Numbered from the whole stretch's first letter, positions 38,454-52,489 are shown. The stretch: 63,174 nt of DNA, filler included, from Nemertoderma westbladi (GCA_032718475.1; 4 parts of 4 records of this genome joined end to end with filler, not necessarily neighbours in it); one strand, 5' to 3'. Translations and numbers: made by a program. The notes: generated by a model from the letters alone, not told the origin.

Positions 38454-39609
38454 GCATAAACAAAATGTTCCAGAACATTGTGTATTTATTGTTGTTGTTT
38501 ATTGTTGTGTATTTATAAATGGCCTTCAGCGAACGATAATTATTGGAATCTTTTAAAGCCTATATTTCAGCTGTTTCTCAACGAAACTCAGGCATTGTTA
38601 CAAATTTGGAATCCTTGCAACGCAAGGATGTTAATGTGAAGAATGGCCACGATACGGAGGGTGTGATTTCGCAAAAGACACTTTTTTAAAACGCTTATTA
38701 AAAAAAATTAAAGGCGAAATCGAAAATTCCGGCTTCATGGGGTCAACGACGGTGAGTGGAACTAGTTGTGTTTCAAGTTTCAAACAATATGATAAAGATT
38801 TGTAGAAAAATCTGGGGGAGGGTCCGTGTCATCAGAAAATGACACTATGTTATGGGTCATGGTGTATATGATGTACTGCTTGTTACACTAACTGACTGAA
38901 TGCAGATAAAACAATAATAACGATATAATTAATGCATGTAACTCCAATTGACAATAAGTCGTGAAATGTTGTTCAGCTGTCAGTGGAGTTGTGGGTATTT
39001 CATTTCGCGTTCCATAATGTTGATAATATGCTAATATTTCGAATATTGCACATCGAATCTTTCACAACTAGATAATAATTGATAAATAGTTGCGTTTACA
39101 ATTTTCCAATACATGAAAGTGGTTTGAAGCCATTTGGTGGTTATACATACATACATATATACATACATACATCGTATTTTTGCTGGACTCTAGACAAAAA
39201 CTACCCAGTTTAAAGACAGGTTCGTTATAGAATGAGACAGAAAGGAAAACTAGAGGCAAATCCCATCTCGGTAAATTACTGTAACATCTCGACTCAATGT
39301 TAAATCATAAATTAAGGGAAATAATCAAAGAATTACTGTTTTATTTTTACGAGTAATCAGCTGTTAGTTGAGTTGATCTTCCCTCTGGGTGGGCGCGATT
39401 ATTTCGATTGCGCCGAAAATTCACTAAAAAAGGTTTTCACTTTCATGTTTTTCGTTTTTTCGTCTTTCGTTTTCACTTTACGACGAATTAAAACTAAACT
39501 AGAAGGAAACACGATATTACTTACGTTTAAATATTAATATAAAATGTGAATAACGGTTCACATCACCTCCTTGTTTAACAAATAGGCCTACCATTAAGGT
39601 TAACATTAC

Positions 39610-39973
39610 CTCGGTATTCGTCTGGAGCCAGCACATCCAACACCCAGCTTTCCTTTAAATTTTCCGCGCTTGTAAGAAATCCTTTCTTGGCCCTCTGGAA
39701 CTTTTTATACTGTATTACGGTGACCGGGTACCTATCTATGTAGAAACCGCGAACCCGCCCTTCCCGTTGGAGGTATTCATTACGCACCAAGTCCTTCTCC
39801 GGAACTCCGAACTTAAATGTTCCCGCGGGAACCAGTTTCATTTCGTAGAATTTCTTAAAAGGCCAATCCTCGGGAAATTCTTCGAATTTAATTGAGTTCG
39901 AATTTCCGATACAAACAATTAAAATGTTTATTAACAACCAAACGGCTGCGGTCCAGTAATAAGCAAACGCCAT
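39610..39973 (-). CDS. Formylglycine-generating-enzyme family protein (SUMF1/SUMF2-like), first coding exon
   Basis: Signal-peptide-like N-terminus, then VPAGTFKFG, FYIDRYPVT and FLTSAE, which match the FGE-sulfatase N-terminal motifs. GAG|GTAATG donor at 39609. Later exons not found. Confidence 0.78.
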
Positions 39974-40350
39974 AGTTAGAGAGAACAGGTATTAACTAAA
40001 ATATAAATATAAAACCAACCCACCAAAGTGTTGTGGATAAATAAAATTTAAGATTAACTTTACAAAGACTAGACTACCCGTGATTACGACACTAATATAG
40101 ACCTACGAAACACATTAATGTTTATAATTTTTTATTTTACTTACTAAACGTTCCTTACTCATTGTCGTGTGGTTTAATAATCTATAAAGTTATATGGTGA
40201 AATTTTTTAAAAAATGTTCAAAATAACTTAAATGTAACTAAAGTTCTTGCCACGCCCTTCACTACAAAATTTACTTTACAATAATTGTAAAGTAAATTGC
40301 GGCTGCTGCTGTTTATTTAGTATTTAAATTATTTAAATACTAAATAAACA

Positions 40351-40610
40351 GCAGCAGCTTGGTCTAGTGGTGACATTACTGTGCTTCCGAATAGGGAGCC
40401 CGGGTTCGATCCCTAGATGGGGAACCACTGTTTGGGCACAGTGCTTTAAATGCTGCAGCCTAGCCCAACCCCGGCTTTCATCCTTCAGTGGTCGATAAAT
40501 GGGAACCAAGGCAACTTGGGAAACAGAGTGGAAGGGTTTACTGTGGAAGATCACCCATGGTGGTGAACAGGCATTCCTTGGCTTAACGAGCCTAAAAGAT
40601 TCTCCCATTC
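40351..40610 (+). mobile_element. tRNA-derived SINE, ~260 bp
   Basis: A-box TGGTCTAGTGG and B-box GGTTCGATCC. The central CTTTCATCCTTCAGTGGTCGATAAATG resembles, from memory, the MetaSINE/Sauria-SINE core. The 3' end is defined by the copy at 21040. Confidence 0.82.
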
Positions 40611-41825
40611 AATTTAAATACTTCATCAATATCGCTTGAATTGAAAACAAAGCAACTCGTAGTACACTATGTAGGCCTACAGTATGTAGCAAATAGTATG
40701 TATAGTTGTGTGCTGTACAGTAGGCCTGCTGGTTATCTGGAGCGATCTGGGCCGAACTGAACCGCTCAAATCAAAGAGCATAATTATACACAAATTTTCC
40801 TATTACAATTAATTACAATTTAGTAAAAGTAAAGGGATTCAGAGATATGAATAGAAAGAGCCAAAACAATAAACGAATGTTAGAATATTCTAGGAAATTA
40901 CATTTAAATTGAATGTTTGTTTAATCAAAAACATCATGAGTCGTTGATCGAATTTAAAAATTGTAAGTTCCAATTTATTTTCTTCAAATTAGCGGTCCAG
41001 TTCGGTAAAGTTTGTTCCGGTGGGATAATCTCTCTATTTCCAAGAACAAAGTAATATACTTCTAGTAGAGAAGAGATTTGTGAGATCTATTAATCTTACG
41101 ATTCTGGTGGATATTTCCAACTACTTTGGCTTCATCTTCCTTACAAATTTGTATACAAAGAAAATTCCATAAAAGCGTATTTATTACATTAGGCCAGATG
41201 TAAGTTCTAGAAAGATATTAAATTAATTCAGTAAATTAATATTAAAATAAATTTAATGATAATTCAATTACAAGGGGAGATATGCTTATAATAGTCCACG
41301 GCGCCACATCACTGCTCCAATAAAGAGAAGCCCTGCCCTGTAGTGCAGTCCATTCATTGCATTGCATATGCCACTAGTACACAATCCCCTGTATTGATGG
41401 TAACAGCTTGCTGGCGTCCCGTATCAATAATTTCATACGTGGACTACTTACTACGGAAATCCAAACACTACATTCTTACCTAAATATTAATACTTACTAG
41501 TATGTACTGTACTTTTATCAAAAACGCAAATTTAGGATATTTATTGCTTACAACTTGTTTGGATATATATTTTACATTTCCTCTTATGTAAAAACTGTAC
41601 GTGTGTGACGAATTAAATTATTAATATCTTACAGTGATCCCTAAATGAATAATTGTAAAAAGACCCTAAAATCATAATTCCCATTTATTTATATTAGATT
41701 ATACACAATACATTAAATTATACTTGTTAATGAAAGAAAATACAAATTAGGTACAGAAAGTCACCAGTTTTATAACGCATTTTAATATTCTGATTTCCTC
41801 ACATTTTCAACTTCTGCAGTGTTCT

Positions 41826-41987
41826 CTAGAGTTTACTGCTCCTTTGGTCCACATAATTACCCGCCATAAGAGAATAGGCGTTGTCCACCACTAATACCGC
41901 ACCATTTATATGTTTACCGGCTGCGCAGGCCAGGTACATGCAGATATTCGCCACATCTGCCCTGGCGCCAAGAAATATCGAATCAAC
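41826..41987 (-). CDS. DECR2: Peroxisomal 2,4-dienoyl-CoA reductase, exon 5 (last)
   Basis: TTTTAG|GTT; encodes ...DVANICMYLA..HINGAVLVVD...QRSSKL*, ending in a PTS1 signal. Confidence 0.9.
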   Translation of the reverse strand, partial: VDSIFLGARADVANICMYLACAAGKHINGAVLVVDNAYSLMAGNYVDQRSSKL

Positions 41988-42337
41988 CTAAAATAAATAC
42001 AATTCCAAATTCAATTTATATTTAAGGAATAATTACAACATTCAATTAGTTATAAACAAAGCCACAAGGCCACCACGTATACCCTTGGAAACCGGTCAAC
42101 ATAATCACCCCTCGAGTAACGCTGTCTATGAATCCTATCACTCCGTCTGTGAAGACAGGCGGATGTTGTTTACGCCTCTAGTAGTCACCACGGATAGTCT
42201 CCGGAAACCCGGATTCTATGTAATAGGCAAATGTTTATGAAGTTTAATAAAAATGAAGTAGATATTTTGGTCGCAGGCTAAGAATTCATCCAACCTCAAA
42301 AAAAGCTTTGCTGGTGTCTAATACAAATAATAAGTAC

Positions 42338-42487
42338 CTGATTGTCGCAGGTTAATCTTTTCATTCCTTCAGTATCACCTATTGGCCCGGGAGCCACACA
42401 ATTCAACCGGACTCCGTAGTGAAGCCACTCTTGCGCCAATGTCCGTGTCATCGACTCTATTGCAGCCTTTGCTGCACAGGCGTGTAT
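42338..42487 (-). CDS. DECR2: DECR2 exon 4
   Basis: IHACAAKAAIESMTRTLAQEW..GVRLNCVAPGPIGDTEGMKRL; 150 bp, phase 0/0, AG/GT ends. Confidence 0.92.
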
Positions 42488-42723
42488 CTAGTAAGGAATT
42501 TAGAGAAACGTCAATAATAGACAAAGAAAGAAATATATTTATTACTCGGAAATAAAATAGTGCAGGTGCAATCTCGGCATATCTGTCAAGTCAATACAAT
42601 GATATCAAATATCTTGGCTAAGACATTACATAGACACTTTCCATAGACACGTCAATAGGGCTTTCCAAAACATTTAAATCTCTTTCCAGAAGTAACCAAG
42701 TTGATAATTTCGTTATAATTTAC

Positions 42724-42851
42724 CTGGTAAGGTTGACCTCTATCCGTAAAACTCGCCGTTATATTAATAACAACACCGCCTCTCTCCTTGAAACTTTTAA
42801 CAAATACTCCTTTCGTCATATTGAAGGTACCAACAGCATCGATTGATAAAA
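42724..42851 (-). CDS. DECR2: DECR2 exon 3
   Basis: VLSIDAVGTFNMTK..FKERGGVVINITAS..GQPYQ; ACAG acceptor and GTAAAT donor. Confidence 0.92.
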
Positions 42852-42962
42852 CTGTATGAAATTAATGATAAATTACCATGGCTCTGATTTGTTTACAAAT
42901 ATTTGACCCGAAACATAAACATCAACATATACAATATATTTTATACATATATATAATCAAAA

Positions 42963-45900
42963 ACAGCTACACTCAACAGCCGGGAGCAAACAACTGGAGA
43001 TCCTGAACATCTACACTCAACAGCCGGTAGCAGACATCTGGAGATCCTGAACATCTACACTCAACAGCAGGTAGCAGACATCTGGAGATCCTGAACATCT
43101 ACACCCAACAGCAAGTAGCAGACATCTGGAGATCCTGAACAGCTACACTCAACAGCCGGTAGCAGACATCTGGAGATCCTGAACATCTACACCCAACAGC
43201 CGGTAGCAGACAACTGGAGATCCTGAACATCTACACTCAACAGCCGGTAGCAAACATCTGGAGATCCTGAACATCTACACCCAACAGCCGGTAGCAGACA
43301 ACTGGAGATCCTGAACATCTACACTCAACAGCCGGTAGCAAACATCTGGAGATCCTGAACATCTACACTCAACAGCCGGTAGCAGACATCTGGAGATCCT
43401 GAACATCTACACCCAACAGCCGGTAGCAGACAACTGGAGATCCTGAACATCTACACTCAACAGCCGGTAGCAAACATCTGGAGATCCTGAACATCTACAC
43501 TCAACAGCCGGTAGCAGACATCTGGAGATCCTGAACCTCTACACCCAACAGCCGGTAGCAGACATCTGGAAATCCTGAACATCTACACTCAACAGCCGGT
43601 AGCAGACATCTGGAGATCCTGAACAGCTACACTCAACAGCCGGTAGCAGACATCTGGAGATCCTGAACATCTACACTCAACGGCCGGTAGCAGACATCTG
43701 GAGATCGTGAACAGCTACACTCAACAGCCGGTAGCAGACATCTGGAGATCCTGAACATCTACACTCAACAGCAGGTAGCAGACATCTGGAGATCCTGAAC
43801 ATCTACACCCAACAGCAAGTAGCAGACATCTGGAGATCCTGAACATCTACACTCAACAGCCGGTAGCAGACATCTGGAGATCCTGAACATCTACACTCAA
43901 CAGCCGGTAGCAGACATCTGGAGATCCTGAACATCTACACCCAACAGCAAGTAGCAGACATCTGGAGATCCTGAACATCTACACTCAACAGCCGGTAGCA
44001 GACATCTGGAGATCCTGAACATCTACACTCAACAGCCGGTAGCAGACATCTGGAGATCCTGAACATCTACACCCAACAGCCGGTAGCAGACAACTGGAGA
44101 TCCTGAACATCTACACTCAACAGCCGGTAGCAAACATCTGGAGATCCTGAACATCTACACTCAACAGCCGGTAGCAGACATCTGGAGATCCTGAACATCT
44201 ACACCCATAAGCCGGTAGCAGACATCTGGAGATCCTGAACATCTACACTCAACAGCCGGTAGCAGACATCTGGAGATCCTGAACATCTACACTCAACAGC
44301 CGGTAGCAGACATCTGGAGATCCTGAACAGCTACACTCAACAGCCGGTAGCAGACATCTGGAGATCCTGAACATCTACACTCAACAGCAGGTAGCAGACA
44401 TCTGGAGATCCTGAACATCTACACCCAACAGCAAGTAGCAGACATCTGGAGATCCTGAACATCTACACTCAACAGCCGGTAGCAGACAACTGGAGATCCT
44501 GAACATCTACACTCAACAGCCGGTAGCAGACATCTGGAGATCCTGAACATCTATACTCAACAGCCGGTAGCAGACATCTGGAGATCCTGAACATCTACAC
44601 TCAACAGCCGGTAGCAAACATCTGGAGATCCTGAACAACTACACTCAACAGCCGGTAGCAGACATCGGGAGATCCTGAACATCTACACCCAACAGCCGGT
44701 AGCAGACATCTGGAGATCCTGAACATCTACACTCAACAGCCGGTAGCAGACATCTGGAGATCCTGAACAGCTACACTCAACAGCCGGTAGCAGACATCTG
44801 GAGATCCTGAACAGCTACACTCAACAGCCGGTAGCATACATCTGGAGATCTTAACATCTACACTCAACAGCAGGTAGCAGACATCTGGAGATCCTGAACA
44901 TCTACACTCAACAGCAGGTAGCAGACATCTGGAGATCCTGAACATCTACACTCAACAGCCGGTAGCAGACATCTGGAGATCCTGAACATCTACACTCAAC
45001 AGCAGGTAGCAGACATGTGGAGATCCTGAACATCTACACTCAACAGCAGGTAGCAGACATCTGGAGATCCTGAACATCTACACTCAAAAGCCGGTAGCAG
45101 ACAACTGGAGATCCTGAACATCTACACTCAACAGCCGGTAGCAGACATCTGGAGATCCTGAACATCTATACTCAACAGCCGGTAGCAGACATCTGGAGAT
45201 CCTGAACATCTACACTCAACAGCCGGTAGCAGACATCTGGAGATCCTGAACATCTACACCCAACAGCAAGTAGCAGACATCTGGAGATCCTGAACATCTA
45301 CACTCAACAGCCGGTAGCAGACAACTGGAGATCCTGAACATCTACACTCAACAGCCGGTAGCAGACATCTGGAGATCCTGAACATCTACACTCAACAGCC
45401 GGTAGCAGACATCTGGAGATCCTGAACATCTACACCCAACAGCCGGTAGCAGACAACTGGAGATCCTGAACATCTACACTCAACAGCCGGTAGCAAACAT
45501 CTGGAGATCCTGAACATCTACACTCAACAGCCGGTAGCAGACATCTGGAGATCCTGAACATCTACACCCAACAGCCGGTAGCAGACATCTGGAGATCCTG
45601 AACATCTACACTCAACAGCCGGTAGCAGACATCTGGAGATCCTGAACAGCTACACTCAACAGCCGGTAGCAGACATCTGGAGATCCTGAACATCTACACT
45701 CAACAGCTGGTAGCAGACATCTGGAGATCCTGTACAGCTACACTCAACAGCCGGTAGCAGACATCTGGAGATCCTGAACATCTACACTCAACAGCAGGTA
45801 GCAGACATCTGGAGATCCTGAACATCTACACCCAACAGCAAGTAGCAGACATCTGGAGATCCTGAACATCTACACTCAACAGCCGGTAGCAGACAACTGG

Positions 45901-47350
45901 AGATCCTGAACATCTATACTCAACAGCCGGTAGCAGACATCTGGAGATCCTGAACATCTACACTCAACAGCCGGTAGCAGACATCTGGAGATCCTGAACA
46001 TCTACACCCAACAGCAAGTAGCAGACATCTGGAGATCCTGAACATCTACACTCAACAGCCGGTAGCAGACAACTGGAGATCCTGAACATCTACACTCAAC
46101 AGCCGGTAGCAGACATCTGGAGATCCTGAACATCTACACTCAACAGCCGGTAGCAGACATCTGGAGATCCTGAACATCTACACCCAACAGCCGGTAGCAG
46201 ACAACTGGAGATCCTGAACATCTACACTCAACAGCCGGTAGCAGACATCTGGAGATCCTGAACATCTACACTCAACAGCCGGTAGCAGACATCTGGAGAT
46301 CCTGAACATCTACACCCAACAGCCGGTAGCAGACAACTGGAGATCCTGAACATCTACACTCAACAGCCGGTAGCAGACATCTGGAGATCCTGAACATCTA
46401 CACTCAACAGCCGGTAGCAGACATCTGGAGATCCTGAAGAGCTAAACTCAACAGCCGGTAGCAGACATCTGGAGATCCTGAACATCTACACTCAAAAGTC
46501 GGTAGCAGACAACTGGAGATCCTGAACATCTACACTCAACAGCCGGTAGCAGACATCTGGAGATCCTGAACATCTACACTCAACAGCAGGTAGCAGACAT
46601 GTGGAGATCCTGAACATCTACACTCAACAGCCGGTAGCAGACATCTGGAGATCCTGAACATCTACACTCAACAGCAGGTAGCAGACATGTGGAGAACCTG
46701 AACATCTACACTCAACAGCAGGTAGCAGACATGTGGAGATCCTGAACATCTACACTCAACAGCAGGTAGCAGACATCTGGAGATCCTGAACATCTACACT
46801 CAACAGCCGGTAGCAGACATCTGGAGATCCTGAACATCTACACTCAACAGTAGGTAACAGACATGTGGAGATCCTGAACATTTACACTCAACAGCAGGTA
46901 GCAGACATCTGGAGATCCTGAACATCTACACTCAAAAGCCGGTAGCAGACATCTGGAGAAACTGAACATCTACACTCAACAGCAGGTAGCAGACATGTGG
47001 AAATCCTGAACATATACACTCAACAGCAGGTAGCAAACATCTGGAGATCCTGAACATCTACACTCAAAAGCCGGTAGCAGACAACTGGAGATCCTGAACA
47101 TCTACACTCAAAAGCCGGTAGCAGACAACTGGAGATCCTGAACATCTACACTCAACAGCCGGTAGCAGACATCTGGAGATCGTGAACATCTACACTCAAC
47201 AGCAGGTAGCAGACATGTGGAAATCCTGAACATCTACACTCAACAGCAGGTAGCAAACATCTGGAGATCCTGAACATCTACACTCAAAAGCCGGTAGCAG
47301 ACAACTGGAGATCCTGAACATCTACACTCAACAGCCGGTAGCAGACAACA
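42963..47350. repeat. 44-bp minisatellite, ~100 copies, filling DECR2 intron 2
   Basis: Unit TACACTCAACAGCCGGTAGCAGACATCTGGAGATCCTGAACATC. Confidence 0.98.
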
Positions 47351-47485
47351 GGAATTGCTGCGTTTTAGGATGAAAAACTTGTTGAATTAACTAACTAACT
47401 TTGACAATTCGGTATCTATCAAAAAATAGGAAAATCCTAAAGGTGGAATTTGATATAAAATAACAAACTGTATAGAATAATTTAC

Positions 47486-47661
47486 CTGTCATAAACCCCT
47501 TGGTCGACAGAGATTCTGATGTTGATAAGAAGTTACCAGCGGCGCAGTTGACTAGAATATCAATGGTATTAAACTCCTCAATGACTTCGTCAATAATTCT
47601 GTTAACCGCGACAGTGTCTCTTACATCCAATGGCTTAGGGACGCATGTCCCACCTACTTCC
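47486..47661 (-). CDS. DECR2: DECR2 exon 2
   Basis: LDVRD...IDILVNCAAGNFL..ESLSTKGFMT; phase 2 in, phase 1 out. Confidence 0.92.
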
Positions 47662-47873
47662 CTGACAAATGAATTGATGATATAATTATTTACGTACTTG
47701 TGTGTGTAAAGTAACACTTTACATTGTGCTGATTGGAATGGATTGTTAACAAAACGAAAAGTGTGCGTGAGTGAGTGAGTAAAAATATATTTTTTAATTT
47801 TTAAAAAATTTTTTAATTTTTTTAATTTTTAATAAAAAAATAATCTATCAAAAATTTCGCAGGGGACAATGTC

Positions 47874-47963
47874 TCAAATATTTCGGTTAGAATATTGGTT
47901 CAAATATTTCGGTTAGAATATTGGTTCAAATATTTCGGTTAGAATATTGGTTCAAATATTTCG
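47874..47963. repeat. 26-bp tandem repeat, ~3.4 copies
   Basis: Unit TCAAATATTTCGGTTAGAATATTGGT. Confidence 0.9.
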
Positions 47964-48905
47964 AAATTGATAGAGCGTTAAAGTAGAAAACGTTTGCCGG
48001 TAATATTGTCATATTTCCCAGATATTCTGAATTTTATTGTTTGAAGTCGCCTGCACCGGTACAGTCTGCTAGTTAGCATTTAGATTATTTATTGGTAGGG
48101 AAAGACTATAATATAAATTTGTATACAGAAGTGTGAATATCGGTTCTGCAAAAGGGTAAACTATAGGTAAGGAAACAGCTGTAGAAGATTCGTTCTTATG
48201 GAAAATATGTTTCGGCCTAATGGGAATAATTAGTAATATCTGTAAAATAACATTGTCAACCGTGGAGCAATTTCACACTTCTGAATGAGAAATTGCATTT
48301 TTTTAAAACTCTATATTACTTCTATTTTGAATGTAATTCTAGAGTTATAATGTGATACCAAACAACCCACTGTTAACACTAACGGCAGTAAGTTAATGAT
48401 GAAATTTAGGAATAAAAAAAGAATTAAATAATAACCTTAAATCCGAGGTCATTTACACACATCCGTAGGTTTGCCTTGTGTGTGTAGTCTCTATAATCGT
48501 GTATTTAAATCCAATAACATTATAATTTGTACTGTGAGATCAGCTTTGATACCTACAAACGACTCTGTTTATCTTTACCACAAATTTAAATGTTACTTTT
48601 CGTGCAATACTGAATACAATAAAAGGGGGGGGGGGGGGGCTCGGGGCTATGCTTATATTTATATATTTACTGTACTTATATGATTGTGTTATTTACTACT
48701 GTCTATGGAGGACCTTCTGGTTTAAAATAAATAATTATTAATTATATTAATGGTAAAAAGTTAATTATTTATCATATATTGAACGCTAAGTGCTCCAATA
48801 CTCTTGCTTCTTGTAATAAAGTTTTAAATCAGCAACAAAAATCGTAGTAGTTTAATATTAAATTCGTCTGTCATAATTACCGCAACAATTAATAGTTTTA
48901 CTTAC

Positions 48906-49144
48906 CTTTGTAAGACACCCGCTGAACTCGCCAGCACACATTCTCTCCTGCCGCATATAACCACGCGACATCCGTGACGCATTAGGACTTCAGCGATTGT
49001 AAAACCTATTCCAGACCCACCCCCGGTCACGATGGCAACACGTCCTGACAGCAGGTTTGGTATGAAGATATGCTGATAATTAGAGATGCATGACTCGACA
49101 CGCCGATTAGTGGACGTTACATCAACATCTCTTGTCACAGACAT
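48906..49144 (-). CDS. DECR2: DECR2 exon 1; the five exons total 855 bp = 284 aa
   Basis: ATG at 49144; YQHIFIPNLL..VAIVTGGGSGIGFTIAEVLMRHGC matches the DECR2 N-terminus; AG|GTAAGT donor. Confidence 0.92.
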
Positions 49145-50074
49145 TATTATGCTGTAATTACCGATAAATTTCGTGAATATCAATATATGTTATCTGTGTC
49201 GATTTTCCCCCGAGGAGGGATGAATTTGGAGCATCAACAGTATCTCGCATCACCATCTACCTTTAAAGAAAAATAACAAAAATCACGGCAATGCATTTGC
49301 CAATTTCACAAACATCATTATTTAATTAAATATTTAATCACAATACCAATATAGGAACTACAGATCGTAAATTAGTAATCCTACTTTAGGTAGATTATCT
49401 AACACGCTATTATCGGTACTATTGTATTTTAATCGTCGATAGATATTATGTTGTAAAATATAAATAAATTGTGCGGCATACTGTAGGGTGTCCATTTATT
49501 TAACATGTGGAAAACATACTAAACATACATACTTCCGATCTCGTGTTGTGTTTATGAAAGGATGAAGGATAAGCGTAGTTTATTATTAGTATTGCTTGTA
49601 CATTAATAAATTCTAGCATCAATCGGAAGGTGGCGCTGTGGATCTGAAAATGAAGAATGCCCCTTAATTGATGTATTTTAAACAGGTTTTATTTTGATAT
49701 AAAAATGTAAGAAACAAATCTGATTTCCCAAGAAAAAAAAGATGCGAAACTTTCTATTGAAATTTATTTTTTTGATCTGAATTAAATGGTATACTGAATG
49801 CTACATATACGTTAAGCTAATGTTCTTTTGTGTCTCCATTTAATTTCTTGCGCATTTCAAGCGGTATATGGATCCATAGACACATTATAACAACACATTA
49901 TATAGTTTAGTCCCTAATGATGCCCCTAGAGGAGGAAATTAATTGGCAATATTATAATTTAAGATAGTTGTTGGGTGTATTGAAACTCCTTTTTATTTAA
50001 GAATTTCTAATGACGTAAACATTGAGTATTGTCTTGTCGCGCCCGGTAGACGGCTTGAAGCTTATTAAATATAA

Positions 50075-50512
50075 TCTCTGGATGGCACTTTCACAAGAAT
50101 GCTACGTCGGGTTCATTGTGTCAAGTACATTGCACACATCTCCAATCAGACTCTACTGTATACAACATTGGAGGTGTTCCATTAATCTCCCCTAGCTTGA
50201 CACTAGAACAAAGTCGCCTCCGCTTTGTAGGACATTGTTTTCGCCGTGAGGACCAGCCACTGAATAATCTTGTACTTTGGCAGCCTCATGGAGTGAATAA
50301 GCATGGTGGACAGCCCATGACTTTCTTGAGACGCATCTTAAAGGACACTGGCCTTGAAGAATTGAAGATGCGGATGATCTAGCAAATGTCATGGGTGATA
50401 GGGAGTTGTGGCGGCGCAATTTTGTCGAAAAGCCGGCACAACATAATTAATATATATATGTAATGTATATAATGCAGATGCAATGCAGCATGCCGATAGA
50501 GGTAGTAGTAGT
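50075..50512 (+). mobile_element. RTE-like LINE family A, diverged 3' fragment
   Basis: Aligns by eye to 36425-36840 and ends in GTAGTAGTAGTA. Confidence 0.88.
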
Positions 50513-52489
50513 ATGTTCGAGCAATGTAGAGAGTGTGGGGTTTAAATATAAATACAGCATACTATCCAACCTTAGATATTTTTCTATGTACCATACTGTA
50601 CATACTTCAATACTTACTGGATCTACATTGTGTACATGATTCTGCGTTTAGCTCTTCAAATACATGTCCATGTCTACTTCAGGGATTTCCACCATCATAC
50701 ATTGTACTTTAGGGAATAATTAATTCTCATGTAAAATATACCTCATTATCAAATCAACAACGTAATAGATTAATACCTGTAATCAGCTACATACTTCTTC
50801 AACTTTGATACACCTACCGTCACAAGACGCGTGCCTAATTTAGTAATGTCATAAGAAATAATTAAAGGATGGCATATTTCACCACCGGTAACAATGATTT
50901 CAAGGCCCTTTATATCCAATCATATCAAGAGATTTATAGTCTCATGCTAATTAAGGTCACCCCGCGTGTCGCATTGCGCATACCGCAGTCCACCCTTGTG
51001 TCCTATACGTTTAATTAACTTCCTTCCGATTTTAAAATTAACACAATTTTGCCGCCAAGAAGCTATTGCCTATAGTATCCTACTACAGTATCCCACTACA
51101 GTATCCTACTACAGTATCCTACTACAGTATCTGTACTAGAAATGATGACCAGCAGTGCTGAGATTACAATCAATGATTCAGTCAATCAATTCAAACACAA
51201 TCAAGCTAAATCAATTTAGATAAATAGTAGATGTGTTTGCTGAGTCCCAAGTGAACCCTTCAATACCGGGGGCTCAAATCCCATCTCAGCGAATTAAATA
51301 TCTCAGCTCAATTTAAATTTTAAATTATGGGAAAGAAGCCGGCTACAGTGTTAAGTTATTCTAACCAAAACAATAAACAAAATATTTTAATGTTGAATCA
51401 TGAATCTAAAATCATTTTCTATACAATTATAATTCTGTATTATGAAACAAAGCTGAAACAAAGATTATAATTCTGCTTGAATATTTAAGCTACACTAAGT
51501 GAAAATCGTAATTGCTGGCAAGTTTTCACGTTGTGTAACAAATATTTTGAAAGGAAAATGATCTTCTAAAAAAAGTGAAATGATAATGATAATATTCATG
51601 ATATATGATACAGTAAGCTCACAGGCAACTCGTGTCACAAAAGCACCGTAATTAATTAAACACGTTAACAGGAAGATAGATACGGTAGAATCACGCGGTC
51701 TAGTGGACGCTTATACGGTGATCAAATATCTGTAAGTTAGAGAAAAAGGTCATTAAATTCCTTAATCAGCCAGTCGGGAATATGAAAGCATTCGATTTCG
51801 GTGATACTGAAAAATTAAACTACCATACAAGTTGGATACAAGTTATTTTTCATCAAGTTAAAGTCACATAGTTATGTTTCAGTTAAAATTTATATTATCA
51901 CAATGTAGTTAGTACCATTTCATTACTGGATCACATCACTGCAAAGAAGGATCGCATACATAACCTACAAAGAATCAATCATACTAGTAGCGTTCCATTT
52001 TGAGCTATTTCTTTCACTTTTATCTTTAAATCCTACTGTGTATATATGTCCTCCAATCACTACTAACAGTTGATTAAATATGATTTTACAATATAAATAT
52101 GGTTGAGAATGCCGCACACTCACTACTCATTATTCCAAAATAATAGTAATTATAGGGTAGCCCATTATGGATAAGTGACCAATAAAATATCTATTTGACA
52201 AACAGTAGCAAGAAGGCATTATGTATGCTGACGATTGTGTGCTGTGTCTAGACAGAGAATTACGGATGATTTCGGGACCAAATTAATGTAGCCTAGCTAT
52301 TTGTTTAAAGGAACATCGGTTTTTTACGGCGTTGATATTTAAGAGTCACAAAAAAAATCTTCAATTGAACGTCAATTAGATAAACACACGATTCCAAATA
52401 CACCAAGCAGGTGTTCCAAATCCAATGAAGTATGTGACAGGTCCGTTAGGAATAAATCACCAATGATTACACCAACAACCACCATAACT

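Larger units (their letters stand above)
34582..38868. mobile_element. Long-TIR (~420 bp) non-autonomous DNA element, Tc1/mariner-like ends, split by nested retrotransposons
   Basis: 34595-35010 is the reverse complement of 38455-38858 (e.g. ATAGTGTCATTTTCTGATGACACGGACCC / GGGTCCGTGTCATCAGAAAATGACACTAT). The right end reads ...ATGGTG-TA. Confidence 0.85.

Noticed and set aside
40351-40425. Functional tRNA gene
   Set aside because: A and B boxes are present, but there is no good cloverleaf or T-run terminator, and it continues into a SINE body.
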